Assembly: GCA_965204725.1 (NCBI GenBank)
Contig: OZ242005.1
Location: forward strand, 4,224,001-4,288,000
Direction of reading: 5' to 3'
DNA length: 64,000 nt
From: Candidatus Latescibacterota bacterium
GTDB lineage: Bacteria; Latescibacterota; UBA2968; UBA8231
Shown here: positions 41,189 through 50,495 of the stretch, piece after piece
Position numbering within the stretch: position 1 is the stretch's first letter
How the letters are laid out: every line of letters begins with the position of its first letter
Translations under genes and position numbers: made by a program
Notes under the pieces: generated by a model
Database searches by the model: none
Told to the model about the DNA's origin: nothing
Seen by the model: only the letters and a program-made list of their open reading frames with translations

Positions 41189-41884
41189 TCAGTGCTTGGC
41201 TTTATTAACGAGCAATTCGATTGCGTCACGTAGCCGAGCAGCCTCTTCGTATTCTTCGCAGATAACGGCCTGTTGTAGCTGGTGCTGAAGCAGACTGAGT
41301 TCGTCTTTCTCTTCCTTGAGGGGCTGTTGAGTTTCGGCCTCTTCAGCGTTCCGCTTCGAGGGGCGGATGTCGACCGTATCGGTTTCTATATTGAGCGACT
41401 TGGAAATCTGCGTTTCAAACTCATAAAAACGGTTCAGGGTGTGTTCAACGTCCAAGTCGGTCTCCAAAGGATCCAAGCCCACCTCGTCCAGCAACGCATG
41501 AGAAACGTAGATAGGCGCATCAGTACGCAAGGCCAAAGCAATAGCGTCGCTGGGACGTGCATCGATGTCTTTTATTGTGTGATCCTTCTCAATGACGACC
41601 CTTGCGTAGTACGTTGAGTGGCGCACGTTGTGAATGACGACTTGGCGCACATTTACCGCAAGGTCATCAACCATAGAAGAGAGCAAGTCGTAGGAAATCG
41701 GACGTATAGGCCCATCGTTTTCTAGCCGCATCCGAATGGCGGCGGCCTCAAATTCGCCAATGGGAATGGGCAAGAGCCGCGGCAATTCACCTTCCTTCTC
41801 GCTTAACCAGACCAAGGGCCTATCCTCTCGCAAGTAGGGACTAACCTTGACCACGGTCATCTCGACTAAAGAGGTATTACTCAT
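41189..41884 (-). CDS. Bifunctional nuclease (DUF151) with C-terminal UVR domain
   Basis: LPIPIGEFEA, RPISYDL, DARPSDAIALALR, EEYEEAARLRD. Confidence 0.9.
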   Translation of the reverse strand: MSNTSLVEMTVVKVSPYLREDRPLVWLSEKEGELPRLLPIPIGEFEAAAIRMRLENDGPIRPISYDLLSSMVDDLAVNVRQVVIHNVRHSTYYARVVIEKDHTIKDIDARPSDAIALALRTDAPIYVSHALLDEVGLDPLETDLDVEHTLNRFYEFETQISKSLNIETDTVDIRPSKRNAEEAETQQPLKEEKDELSLLQHQLQQAVICEEYEEAARLRDAIELLVNKAKH

Positions 41885-42501
41885 TAATCATCCCTGTTGA
41901 GGCGGCTAATCTCGTCGCGAAGCCGTGCCGCCTCCTCATAGATTTCTTCGGCAACAGCTTGGCACATGCGTCTTTTGAGTTGGTCTAACTGGCTGACGGC
42001 TGGTGGGGCGATGATGGGACGATCTGCCTGCGGTGCGGCCACGGATAGGGCGAGGGCTTCAACTTCAGTTGGAACCCATTCGCCATCGTCGGAGCGAACG
42101 CAGCCCACCTCTTTGAGGATTTCGATGGCGGCGTAGATCGGTGCGCGAGAGCGCAAGGCTAGGGCAATTGCATCGCTGGGACGTGCGTCGAAAGTATGGG
42201 GCTTGCCCGCGTAGTCAACGAGGTGAACCTCGGCGTAGTACGTTCCCTCGCGTGAGTTAAAGTAAGTGATTTCGACCCGGGCTACCCGAGCATCGACGTT
42301 GGCGAGAATCTGATGGGTTAGGTCATAACTGAGTGGGCGCACAAACCGCCGCTTGCTGTGGGCCATAGAAATGGCTGCCGCCTCAAAGCGGCCGATGACA
42401 ATGTGCAGATAATGGTTGCCCTCGACTTCTTTGAGTACTACTTCAGGGTATAAAGAGTGAGATTTGCTGCTTAAGACCTCCTTGACTTCCATCAGAACCA
42501 T
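41884..42501 (-). CDS. Bifunctional nuclease (DUF151) with C-terminal UVR domain, paralogue
   Basis: IGRFEA, RPLSYDL, DARPSDAIALALR, EIYEEAARLRDEI. Confidence 0.9.
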   Translation of the reverse strand: MVLMEVKEVLSSKSHSLYPEVVLKEVEGNHYLHIVIGRFEAAAISMAHSKRRFVRPLSYDLTHQILANVDARVARVEITYFNSREGTYYAEVHLVDYAGKPHTFDARPSDAIALALRSRAPIYAAIEILKEVGCVRSDDGEWVPTEVEALALSVAAPQADRPIIAPPAVSQLDQLKRRMCQAVAEEIYEEAARLRDEISRLNRDD

Positions 42502-42572
42502 AGCGGTACACCGCGGTTTAGTGGGCTACTGTCGATTGGTGTGTGAAATATAATACGGCTTCAAAGAAGGTG

Positions 42573-42752
42573 TCAACCGACGTGTGTTTCTTGCCCATCC
42601 GGCAAATCGCCCTCTTTGTTGCTCAACTTCAGCTCAAGTTCTGAGAGTTGGCGGCCTAGTTCCCCAGTGCGCCGGTTTAGGTGCATCAAATAGGCAAAAA
42701 GCACGACCCACACAGCCGCGAAGGCGGCAAACAAATAGTGGAGATTGTCCAT
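42573..42752 (-). CDS. ccmD: CcmD family protein (not in ORF track)
   Basis: MDNLHYLFAAFAAVWVVLFAYLMHLNRR..., 59 aa, immediately after ccmC. Confidence 0.8.
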   Translation of the reverse strand: MDNLHYLFAAFAAVWVVLFAYLMHLNRRTGELGRQLSELELKLSNKEGDLPDGQETHVG

Positions 42753-42758
42753 AGTCTC

Positions 42759-43430
42759 TTACGTTTCGTCCGTTAGTTTTTGCTGCAGGAATGCCACGGC
42801 TTTTTCAATGCGGGCTAGTTCCATGCGTTGCGCTAGGAGGCGAAAGAACAGCAGGAAGAAAGCCGCGTAGCAGATCCACTTGGTGTATTGCATCATCGGC
42901 TCGAGTTCTACGTTGCGCGGCGGGTGTAGTTGTTGGTCGGCGGCCCACAGATCGACAGCGTAGTACACTAAAGGAACGTTGACGAAGGCGAGAATACCCA
43001 GTACAGCACTAGTGCGCTGTACCGGAGTAGAGTAAGCCCCATATCCTCGCACCATCAGGTAGGCCACGTAGATGGTGAAGGTGATCAGCATTGAGGTTAA
43101 GCGCGGCTCCCATCGCCAGTAAACCCCCCAGATGGGTTTAGCCCACAAAGGCCCAGTGATCAGCACGATCAACGCAAAGATCACGCCCAATTCGGCGGAG
43201 CATTGCGCTAGGCGGTCCCACTTGTCCTCGCGAGTGCGTAGATACTGTACACTGCCGACAAATACCAGAAAAAAAGCCAAGAACGAAGAAATCGCCGCCG
43301 GTACGTGAAAATAGAAGATTCGTTGGACGATTCCCATTTCTTTTTCTGTGGGTACCCAGAGAAAAATCGCCCCCAAGGCGACGAGCATAACCACAAAAAC
43401 CAAACAGGAGAATGGAACCGAACGCATCAT
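42759..43430 (-). CDS. ccmC: Heme exporter CcmC
   Basis: RIFYFHVP, TGPLWAKPIWGVYWRWEPRLT (WWD domain), LHP. Confidence 0.93.
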   Translation of the reverse strand: MMRSVPFSCLVFVVMLVALGAIFLWVPTEKEMGIVQRIFYFHVPAAISSFLAFFLVFVGSVQYLRTREDKWDRLAQCSAELGVIFALIVLITGPLWAKPIWGVYWRWEPRLTSMLITFTIYVAYLMVRGYGAYSTPVQRTSAVLGILAFVNVPLVYYAVDLWAADQQLHPPRNVELEPMMQYTKWICYAAFFLLFFRLLAQRMELARIEKAVAFLQQKLTDET

Positions 43431-44104
43431 TCCTCGATCGCGTATTCAAAAAGCATTAGGGAGAGTACCGTGAAAATCACCGCGTACACTCCCAACATTT
43501 GCAGGTGCGGAAAGAGCTCTTTGCAACAGTCGTTGACCAGCACTAGCTCCGTCGCCTTCACGCTGGAAATCACCGCCGGCAAGATCATGGGGAAGAGCAG
43601 GAGAGGCAGCATTAGCTCGCGCAAACGCATGTTGTTCGACAGTGCCGCAAAGAGCGTGCCCACCGATGCTATACAAGCCGATCCTAGGACGAAGACCGCT
43701 AGTAGGGGGAGCAAAAAGAAGCCTAGAGACAGATTAAAGAAGAGGGCGAAAAAGGGCAAACTCAGAATTTCAACCGCTAAAAGAAAAACAAAATTACCCA
43801 GCATTTTACCTAGGTAGATGGAACCGCGGTCCCCCGGTGCCAACAGCAATGCGTCGAGCGCGTCGTTTTCGCGTTCCTCGGCAAAAGAGCGGCCTAGACT
43901 CAGCAAGCTGGCAAAGACATAGGACGACCAGAGCGTACCAGGTCCAATCTCGCGTAGAGCGGTCTTACCTAAATCAAAGGAGAAGTTAAACACCAGCAAC
44001 ATTAACAATATAAAGAAGACCATCGGGCTGAGGCGTACCTTAGTACGCCACTCGGCCTTAAGATCCTTCCGCAGTATCGCCAGCGCACGCCCTAAAAAGC
44101 TCAT
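43427..44104 (-). CDS. ccmB: Heme exporter CcmB
   Basis: KDLKAEWR, E.EN..LD.L, LGK, LLLFP; ATG 44104. Confidence 0.92.
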   Translation of the reverse strand: MSFLGRALAILRKDLKAEWRTKVRLSPMVFFILLMLLVFNFSFDLGKTALREIGPGTLWSSYVFASLLSLGRSFAEERENDALDALLLAPGDRGSIYLGKMLGNFVFLLAVEILSLPFFALFFNLSLGFFLLPLLAVFVLGSACIASVGTLFAALSNNMRLRELMLPLLLFPMILPAVISSVKATELVLVNDCCKELFPHLQMLGVYAVIFTVLSLMLFEYAIEE

Positions 44105-44817
44105 AGATCCGCGTCGAGATAGGGCGCACAGAGCCTGCACAGTTGGTTCGGGTCACCCGTCAGGGGTTGGTCCAAGCACCATTGCCCGCGTTCGATCACC
44201 AACAGGCGATCCACTAGGCCATCGGCTTCATCGAGGCGATGCGTCACCAAGATGTAGGTACGCCCTTCTTGCCGAAAGCGGCATACGAGGCGGTGCAATG
44301 CAGCACTGGCCCCGGTGTCGAGGCCGGTAAACGGCTCGTCAAGCAAGAGAATAGAGGGACAATGCAGGATGGCCCGGACAATAGCCAGACGCTGCTTCAT
44401 TCCGCGAGAGAACGAACCCACACGCTGGTCGAGCCGCTCGTACAAACCAACAGCCGCTAAGGCCGTAGCGATTTGTTCGTCAGGGTTTTCCAATCCATAG
44501 AGCTGGGCGAAGAAGCGCAAGTTCTCTCTCGCCGTCAGTTCGTCGTAGAGCAAGGTCTGGTGCGAGAGCAGGCCGATCTCGGCCCGAGCCTCGGGAATGC
44601 GCCAGGGATCGCGACCGTTGATCCGTACTTTCCCCACCGAAGGTTGGCAGAGGCCGGCCACCAGCCGCAGCAGGGTACTCTTGCCCGCGCCATTAGCACC
44701 AACGAGCAGCACCGCTTGGCCGTGCGGGATGACCAGATCGGTGGGATGTAGGGCTGTGTGGCTCCCGAAGTGCTTGGCAGCACCCTCTAGGACGATTGCG
44801 TCGTCTCCATCCATCAC
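44101..44817 (-). CDS. ccmA: Heme ABC exporter ATPase CcmA
   Basis: GANGAGKS, LTARENL, FSRGMKQR, LLLDEPFTGLD; operon context. Confidence 0.9.
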   Translation of the reverse strand: MMDGDDAIVLEGAAKHFGSHTALHPTDLVIPHGQAVLLVGANGAGKSTLLRLVAGLCQPSVGKVRINGRDPWRIPEARAEIGLLSHQTLLYDELTARENLRFFAQLYGLENPDEQIATALAAVGLYERLDQRVGSFSRGMKQRLAIVRAILHCPSILLLDEPFTGLDTGASAALHRLVCRFRQEGRTYILVTHRLDEADGLVDRLLVIERGQWCLDQPLTGDPNQLCRLCAPYLDADL

Positions 44818-45881
44818 GCTTCAAGTGCTTGAGTCAGGGCAACAGCTTCGCGCATCAGATGCTCTCGCTGGTCCATGTAATGCGGATCGTCGGGGCGACC
44901 GACAAAAGAATCGTCGAGCCGAGCGAGTTCTTCAATGAGATGCTGCCGCTTTCTCAATGCGCGGGCGCGATCGGTGCTCGGGCGTTGGCGGCTCAATGTC
45001 AACGCGACCCCACCGGCAAAGAACGCGCCGGCGAGGGCGGCCCATTTGAGCGACCAACGCAGCGAGGGGGCAAAGGATAAGGGGATCGCCACTTGCTGGC
45101 TTGGCTGTAGGTTTTCTAGAACAATTTTTTGGTACTGGCGTCCGTGCTGTTCGACAATACCTAGGTCAATAAAAGGGGGTTTGGGTTCCGTGGAAGGGGG
45201 ATCGAGAAAAACCTCCAAGCGGTCGGTTGGATAAATCGCCTGATGCACGTAGGGACTGTTGCGTCCGTCAAAATTAAAAGAAAAACTCCGCAGCGAGCGG
45301 CCTGGAGGCAAAGGCTGGTTGTCGAAGAAACGGCCTTCTCCGGCTTGGTGGAGGAGACCCGAGTGGCTTTGGAGGTTGAAGATGCCCGTTGGCAAGGCGA
45401 GTTCGGTCACTCGCCGCTCAGGCCCGTCGCCGCTGCCGGAGTAAGTCTGCTCTAGGGCGTTGTGAATTTGCAGGAGCTGGACACACTCAATCGCGTTTTC
45501 GCGCAAAGAAAAAAAGAGATGATGAGTACCGACGCGGATTCCAGAGGGGTCATCGGTTTTTTCGTAAACCTCGAGGATGATCTGTTGCTGCGCCCCGGCC
45601 TCAAGGGTTGAAGAGAAGTAGGGAATGTCGTTGTAGAAGGCAGCCAGCCCGAAGCGGAGCCCGCCCTGTAGGAAGGGGCCGGAAAAAGAGAAGTGCCCCT
45701 CGGCGTCAGTCTCCTTGCGCAGCATCTCGAGAGTTTGTCCGTCTTGGCGGACGTAGAAAGCCACGGGAATGCCCGGGATTCGCGCTTGGGTGAAGGGATT
45801 GAGCACATAACCGTTGATCGCCTCGCCCCGCAGGTCGGAAGCGTACAGGACTATTGCAGCGCAAAGCAAGCGCAGAACCAT
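44814..45881 (-). CDS. Hypothetical exported protein with C-terminal membrane anchor in the ccm operon
   Basis: Signal peptide, carboxypeptidase-regulatory-like TDAEGHFSF, TM helix, cytoplasmic helix ELARLD...Y...RE.L. Confidence 0.7.
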   Translation of the reverse strand: MVLRLLCAAIVLYASDLRGEAINGYVLNPFTQARIPGIPVAFYVRQDGQTLEMLRKETDAEGHFSFSGPFLQGGLRFGLAAFYNDIPYFSSTLEAGAQQQIILEVYEKTDDPSGIRVGTHHLFFSLRENAIECVQLLQIHNALEQTYSGSGDGPERRVTELALPTGIFNLQSHSGLLHQAGEGRFFDNQPLPPGRSLRSFSFNFDGRNSPYVHQAIYPTDRLEVFLDPPSTEPKPPFIDLGIVEQHGRQYQKIVLENLQPSQQVAIPLSFAPSLRWSLKWAALAGAFFAGGVALTLSRQRPSTDRARALRKRQHLIEELARLDDSFVGRPDDPHYMDQREHLMREAVALTQALEA

Positions 45882-45884
45882 GAT

Positions 45885-46337
45885 TCAGCTAGATTCCACT
45901 AGCGAGGCCCCGCATTGCGGACAGAACAGATCGCCCTCGCGTCGCAGCACCCCACAACTGCGGCAACGAGGAGCGGTGGTCTTTTGGCGCAGAGCCGCGA
46001 CCTCTTCCTCTATGCGTCGTTCGAGTTGGTGGCTGCTCGCGCCGTTGAGCCGATCCAACTCGCCTATAACCGCTAGCGTCTCGGCCTCCAATTCGGCGAA
46101 GCGGCGCTGAAAGTCCTCTGCGGACACTTTACCGAGCTCGCGGTCGAGTTCCAACTCGACGATTTCGCCCAAAAGCTGCTCCTTGCGCTCAAAAAGCTGT
46201 CGCGTCGGCCTACTCGCCGCGCCCGCCCGCCCACTCATTAGGAGTGGACGTCCTAGATAGAGCAATAGCCCCAATAGCAGAGCGACCGAACACAAGGTGG
46301 GCAAGAGTCCCAACGCATTCATTATATAGGCCCTCAC
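45885..46337 (-). CDS. CcmI-N-terminus-like membrane protein with zinc ribbon
   Basis: TM helix, ELELDRELGKVS.EDF, CRSC...FCPQCG. Confidence 0.75.
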   Translation of the reverse strand: MRAYIMNALGLLPTLCSVALLLGLLLYLGRPLLMSGRAGAASRPTRQLFERKEQLLGEIVELELDRELGKVSAEDFQRRFAELEAETLAVIGELDRLNGASSHQLERRIEEEVAALRQKTTAPRCRSCGVLRREGDLFCPQCGASLVESS

Positions 46338-48817
46338 GGCCCGCGTCGGTTTGGCCGACCGGGCCTATCGTCGTAGTGATCCAGTTCGCGTCTCAAGCGA
46401 CTTGGATCTTGACCGTGGTCGGCTGGAGGGGCCTTGGATTGCAGAGGTGCTTGGCCTTGGTCCTTCCAGCGAACCAGCAGCGTCCGTACTAAGGCGACGC
46501 CAAACAAAAGAGCCAGAAAAGGCGCGACCCAAGCCAGCAAGTTAAACCCCTCGTGTGGCGGGGCAGCTAAGGCCATCGGGCCAAAACGCGCTACATAGCC
46601 ATCGATGATCTGCTGCCGAGTCTGGTCTTGGTCTAGAGCCAAGCCAATTGCCTCGCGTTCGGGGACCGCGAAGTCGGTGCAAAGACAGGTGGCTAGGGAT
46701 TCTCGGTTGCAATTACCGCAGAGACAGACCAAATCCTCAGCCACCGCCTTGATTTCCGCCGTTGTTGCCGCTCCTACCGGCGAGAAGCCCAGTGCCACCG
46801 CCGCGAGCACGGACACGTAAGCACGAGGCCTCCGTGCGATGGCTGAGTCCATTGCGGTCTCGCGATCCATCTGAGCTAGCCGTCGGTCGCGCGGCGTAGG
46901 CCACATCGCCCACAGTGCGCCGAGCACTAGAACGACAGCACCGAGCCACACGAAGTTGATTAGCGGGTTGATATAAACTTGGAATTTGGCACTGTCGTCT
47001 TCAGCAGAGCCGACCAGAATTACATAGAAGTCCTCGCGCCATGTCGAATAAACGGAGACTTCAGTAGTACCTTGGTCAAAAGCCGGGTAATAGCGTCGCT
47101 CCGGTAGCAGCGTCCCGAGGAATTGCTCGCCGCGATGCAGAGCCAACGCCGCGGTAGTAGTGCTGTAATTAGCGTTCTCGGCCGAGGCCAGCGACGCGAA
47201 GGTAATCCGATATTCGCCGACTTGACGCGAAGCCCTTTGGTCTAGGACGACTTCAGCTTCTTGGGTAAAAGCTTTGCCCGTGAAGCCAGCAAAGAGCAAT
47301 ACCAGCCCAAGGTGGGTCAGATACCCGCCGTACCGCCTCCGGTTCTTGGCACAGAGGCGGTACAATGCCACCGGATAAGGCTCGCCTGTACTGTGCATCC
47401 GCGCTCGTGCTCCAGCGTGAAACTCGGAGGTGAGCGCGACGAGAACGAATACGCACAGCCCGAATGACAGCACGACATAGGGATCGCGGACGCCGAGCGT
47501 AAAAAAGACTCCGCAAGAAAGTGCGCCCACCGTCACCGGATAGGTGAAGTTTTTGCGCAGACTCTCGCGGGAAGTGCGGTGCCAAGCGAAGAGCGGGCCA
47601 GCACCCGTCAACAACAGGAGCACGAGGCCGATGGGAATCGTGACTTGGTTGAAAAAGGGGGGGCCGACCGTGATTTGCTCGTCGGTCAAGGCTTCGGAGA
47701 CTAGTGGAAAGACCGTGCCCCAGAACACGGCGAAGAGCATCCCCAAGAGAATCCAGTTATTGAGCAAGAAAGCTGTCTCGCGGGAGGCAAAAGACTCCAA
47801 GCGGTTTTCGGCCTTGAGCAAGGGCAGCCGCAGCCACAAAAGCCCAAAAGAAAAAATCAGCGTTAGGACTAGGAACGTGCCAAAAAAAGGGCCGATGTTG
47901 GATTGGGCAAAGGCGTGAACCGAGGAGATGATGCCGCTGCGGGTCATAAAGGTGCCGAAGAGGCACAGCGCGTAGGTCAGGATCGCCAGTGCTACGTTCC
48001 ATACTTTGAGCATGCCCTTGCGCTCTTGAATCATAATTGAGTGCAGGAAAGCGGTGGCGACCAGCCAAGGCATCAGCGAAGAGTTCTCCACAGGGTCCCA
48101 CCCCCAATACCCACCCCATCCCAGTTCGACATAGGCCCATTTGCCGCCCAGCAGCAGACCGAAGCCGAGAAAGGTCCAAGGGATGAGCATCCAGCGGCGT
48201 GAAGCGCGGAGCCAAGTAGCGTCCAACTTGCCGGTCAGGAGCGCGGCGATGGCAAATGCAAAGGGTACGACCATGCCCACCATTCCCAAGTAAAGCATCG
48301 GTGGATGAATGGCCATGACCGGGTGTTGTAGAATCGGGTTGAGTCCGCGTCCGTCTTCTGGCGTGAAAGGCAGGCGCTGAAACGGGTCGGCGGCAAAGAG
48401 GTGTACAATGCAAAAGAAGAAGCTGGTAAGGGATAGGGTCGCCAGTGCGTAGGGCATCAATTCGCGATAGCGCTGGCGGTAGAGCGCCGCCAATCCCGCC
48501 GAGTAGAGGGATAGGATCCAGCCCCAAAACAACAGCGACCCGTTCTGACCCCCCCACAGTGCCGTTACCAAATAGAATAAAGGCATGGCGCGGTTGCTGT
48601 TTTCGGCTACGTACTCGACTTGGAAGTCGTGGGAAATGAAGGCGTGCCATAGCGCGAGAACCGCCAGCGTCAGCAGGGCACAAGTTGCCAAGACCCCGTT
48701 TTCGCCCGAGCGCACCAAACCCAAGTGGCCACGCCTCGCTCCGAGGGCCGATGCTAGAACCCCATAGCCGGACGATAGGAGTGCTAGGCACAAGGCAAAA
48801 TAGCCAATATCAACCAT
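46334..48817 (-). CDS. ccmF: Cytochrome c heme lyase CcmF fused to a CcmH-like domain
   Basis: GLNPILQ, HPP, WAYVELGWGGYWGWDPVEN, SVHAF; C-terminal LVCLCGNC...AREAI...G.....II..YV.RFG. Confidence 0.93.
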   Translation of the reverse strand: MVDIGYFALCLALLSSGYGVLASALGARRGHLGLVRSGENGVLATCALLTLAVLALWHAFISHDFQVEYVAENSNRAMPLFYLVTALWGGQNGSLLFWGWILSLYSAGLAALYRQRYRELMPYALATLSLTSFFFCIVHLFAADPFQRLPFTPEDGRGLNPILQHPVMAIHPPMLYLGMVGMVVPFAFAIAALLTGKLDATWLRASRRWMLIPWTFLGFGLLLGGKWAYVELGWGGYWGWDPVENSSLMPWLVATAFLHSIMIQERKGMLKVWNVALAILTYALCLFGTFMTRSGIISSVHAFAQSNIGPFFGTFLVLTLIFSFGLLWLRLPLLKAENRLESFASRETAFLLNNWILLGMLFAVFWGTVFPLVSEALTDEQITVGPPFFNQVTIPIGLVLLLLTGAGPLFAWHRTSRESLRKNFTYPVTVGALSCGVFFTLGVRDPYVVLSFGLCVFVLVALTSEFHAGARARMHSTGEPYPVALYRLCAKNRRRYGGYLTHLGLVLLFAGFTGKAFTQEAEVVLDQRASRQVGEYRITFASLASAENANYSTTTAALALHRGEQFLGTLLPERRYYPAFDQGTTEVSVYSTWREDFYVILVGSAEDDSAKFQVYINPLINFVWLGAVVLVLGALWAMWPTPRDRRLAQMDRETAMDSAIARRPRAYVSVLAAVALGFSPVGAATTAEIKAVAEDLVCLCGNCNRESLATCLCTDFAVPEREAIGLALDQDQTRQQIIDGYVARFGPMALAAPPHEGFNLLAWVAPFLALLFGVALVRTLLVRWKDQGQAPLQSKAPPADHGQDPSRLRRELDHYDDRPGRPNRRGP

Positions 48818-48850
48818 AAAATGTCGGGAAAAGCCAAAAGGTCCTGCGGG

Positions 48851-49285
48851 CTAGTCGTTTGGGCTGTTCATCGCCTGCACGTGGCCTTCGTAGCTTTGTC
48901 CCTCGTATTTGGAAGGGCATTTGGCAAAGACGAGATCAGCGGCAAAAATCTGGTCGGCTAGATGGTATTCGCCTTCGAGAACTACTAGTGCCTCGTCTTT
49001 GAAGGTATCGGGTAGGACTGTGTGTCCGACATAGCGCACCCGCAGCGTGTGTTGCCCGTCGGTAATCACAAATTCGGGGCGCGAGCGGTACTGGTCCCAC
49101 TCAATCGAACCGGGCACCACGGTGCCGCCGCCTAGTTGGATGCGCTGGCCCTGATCTATCGCTCCGTCCATCAAGGTTTGCAGCGTCAGATGAGTCGCTG
49201 TTGACTGTTGGACGCCGGCAGCAAAAAGATAGATCAGGCCCGCGGCAATGACTAGGGAGCCGAGAGTAAATTTGTGCCGTCTCAT
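48851..49285 (-). CDS. ccmE: Heme chaperone CcmE, CxxxY type
   Basis: LPDTFK, AKCPSKY. Confidence 0.9.
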   Translation of the reverse strand: MRRHKFTLGSLVIAAGLIYLFAAGVQQSTATHLTLQTLMDGAIDQGQRIQLGGGTVVPGSIEWDQYRSRPEFVITDGQHTLRVRYVGHTVLPDTFKDEALVVLEGEYHLADQIFAADLVFAKCPSKYEGQSYEGHVQAMNSPND

Positions 49286-49351
49286 AAGATAAATTTGCTC
49301 AATTTCCCTGTCTTGTGCAACGAGTGTGCTCGTTGGCGGAAAGGGTCGCGT

Positions 49352-50491
49352 TCACACTTCGAGCACCTTGGGTAAGCTGGATAGGTTCTCGTAGCTGCCT
49401 TCGCAAACGACGACCGTATCTTCGAGCCGCACGCCCCCTAAGCCTCGGTAGTAGAGTCCCGGCTCCACCGTCACGACATGGCCGGCCTCAAGCACATCGC
49501 CGTGCGGGCCAATCCTCGGTGCCTCGTGGATCTCCAGACCTAGCCCGTGCCCCGTGCCGTGGATATAGCCCTGCATATAGCCATCTTGCTCTCCCGTCTT
49601 GTAGCCGGCGTCGCGGAAGAACCGTTGGATTGATTTGTGAATAAGGCGACCTTCGGCACCGGGACGGATGTGGTCTAAGCCCAACTGTTGAGCCTTTAGC
49701 ACGGTTTCGTACAGGTGCTGTATCGGCTTGGAGACCTGTCCCTTACAGAAGGTCCGCGTCAGGTCTCCATAGTACCCGCTCGCCTCGTCGCGCGGAAAAA
49801 TGTCGATGATGATAGGCTCATGGGCGCGCAAAGGCCCAAACCCCACTTGGTGTGGGTCACAGCCTTGGTCGCCGCCAGCAATGATGGTGTGTTCGCCAAT
49901 AGTATTGCAGTCCATTAGCGTCTGATGCACCATGCGCCGCAACCGCTCTGAAGTGAGCACATCGCCGTTGAGAAAGAGCACGCTGTCGCGTACATCGGCT
50001 GCCCGCAGCTCGTTAATTGCCGTTTCCATGCCTGCTTCGGCGGCTCTCATTGCCCGGCGTATGCCCTCAATTTCGCTGGCGTCCTTGATCTGGCGCTGGG
50101 GAAAGAGCAGCTCGGCTGCAACGACGAGTTCAATGCCCTCTCCCCGCAGAAAATCGGCCGTACCAAGGGGAAAATCAGCGGGCACTTGCAGCTTCTCCAA
50201 GCCGAGGTCGCGCAAAAGTTCCAACAAGACAGCGTTGCTGTTGGGCCGCTCTTGGCCTCTTTCCTTGACCTGCTTCTCGTACTGGGCATAAGGCAATACC
50301 CGGTTGACGCAGGCTTGGTCGCGCGCCCGGCCGATCTCTAGGTTGCGGGCGAGCATGATTTTTTCGCTAGAGGTCCACAAAAAGACAAAGGGGTCGGGAG
50401 CGCGAAATCGGGTGGCGTAGAACAGGTTGGCGCAGCGTTCGCTACTGCCGATCATCAGCAGGGCATCGGTGCCTTTTAGGTCGTGCGTCAT
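49352..50491 (-). CDS. Xaa-Pro peptidase (M24 family)
   Basis: YYGDLTRT, HGTGHGLGLEIHEAP, TVEPGLY, GGVRLED. Confidence 0.93.
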   Translation of the reverse strand: MTHDLKGTDALLMIGSSERCANLFYATRFRAPDPFVFLWTSSEKIMLARNLEIGRARDQACVNRVLPYAQYEKQVKERGQERPNSNAVLLELLRDLGLEKLQVPADFPLGTADFLRGEGIELVVAAELLFPQRQIKDASEIEGIRRAMRAAEAGMETAINELRAADVRDSVLFLNGDVLTSERLRRMVHQTLMDCNTIGEHTIIAGGDQGCDPHQVGFGPLRAHEPIIIDIFPRDEASGYYGDLTRTFCKGQVSKPIQHLYETVLKAQQLGLDHIRPGAEGRLIHKSIQRFFRDAGYKTGEQDGYMQGYIHGTGHGLGLEIHEAPRIGPHGDVLEAGHVVTVEPGLYYRGLGGVRLEDTVVVCEGSYENLSSLPKVLEV

Positions 50492-50495
50492 GGTT

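Noticed and set aside
47757-48791. 344-aa alternative-frame ORF inside ccmF, and similar long overlapping ORFs (e.g. 3051-3800)
   Set aside because: Low-complexity Arg/Pro/Gly/Ala translations typical of off-frame GC-rich coding DNA
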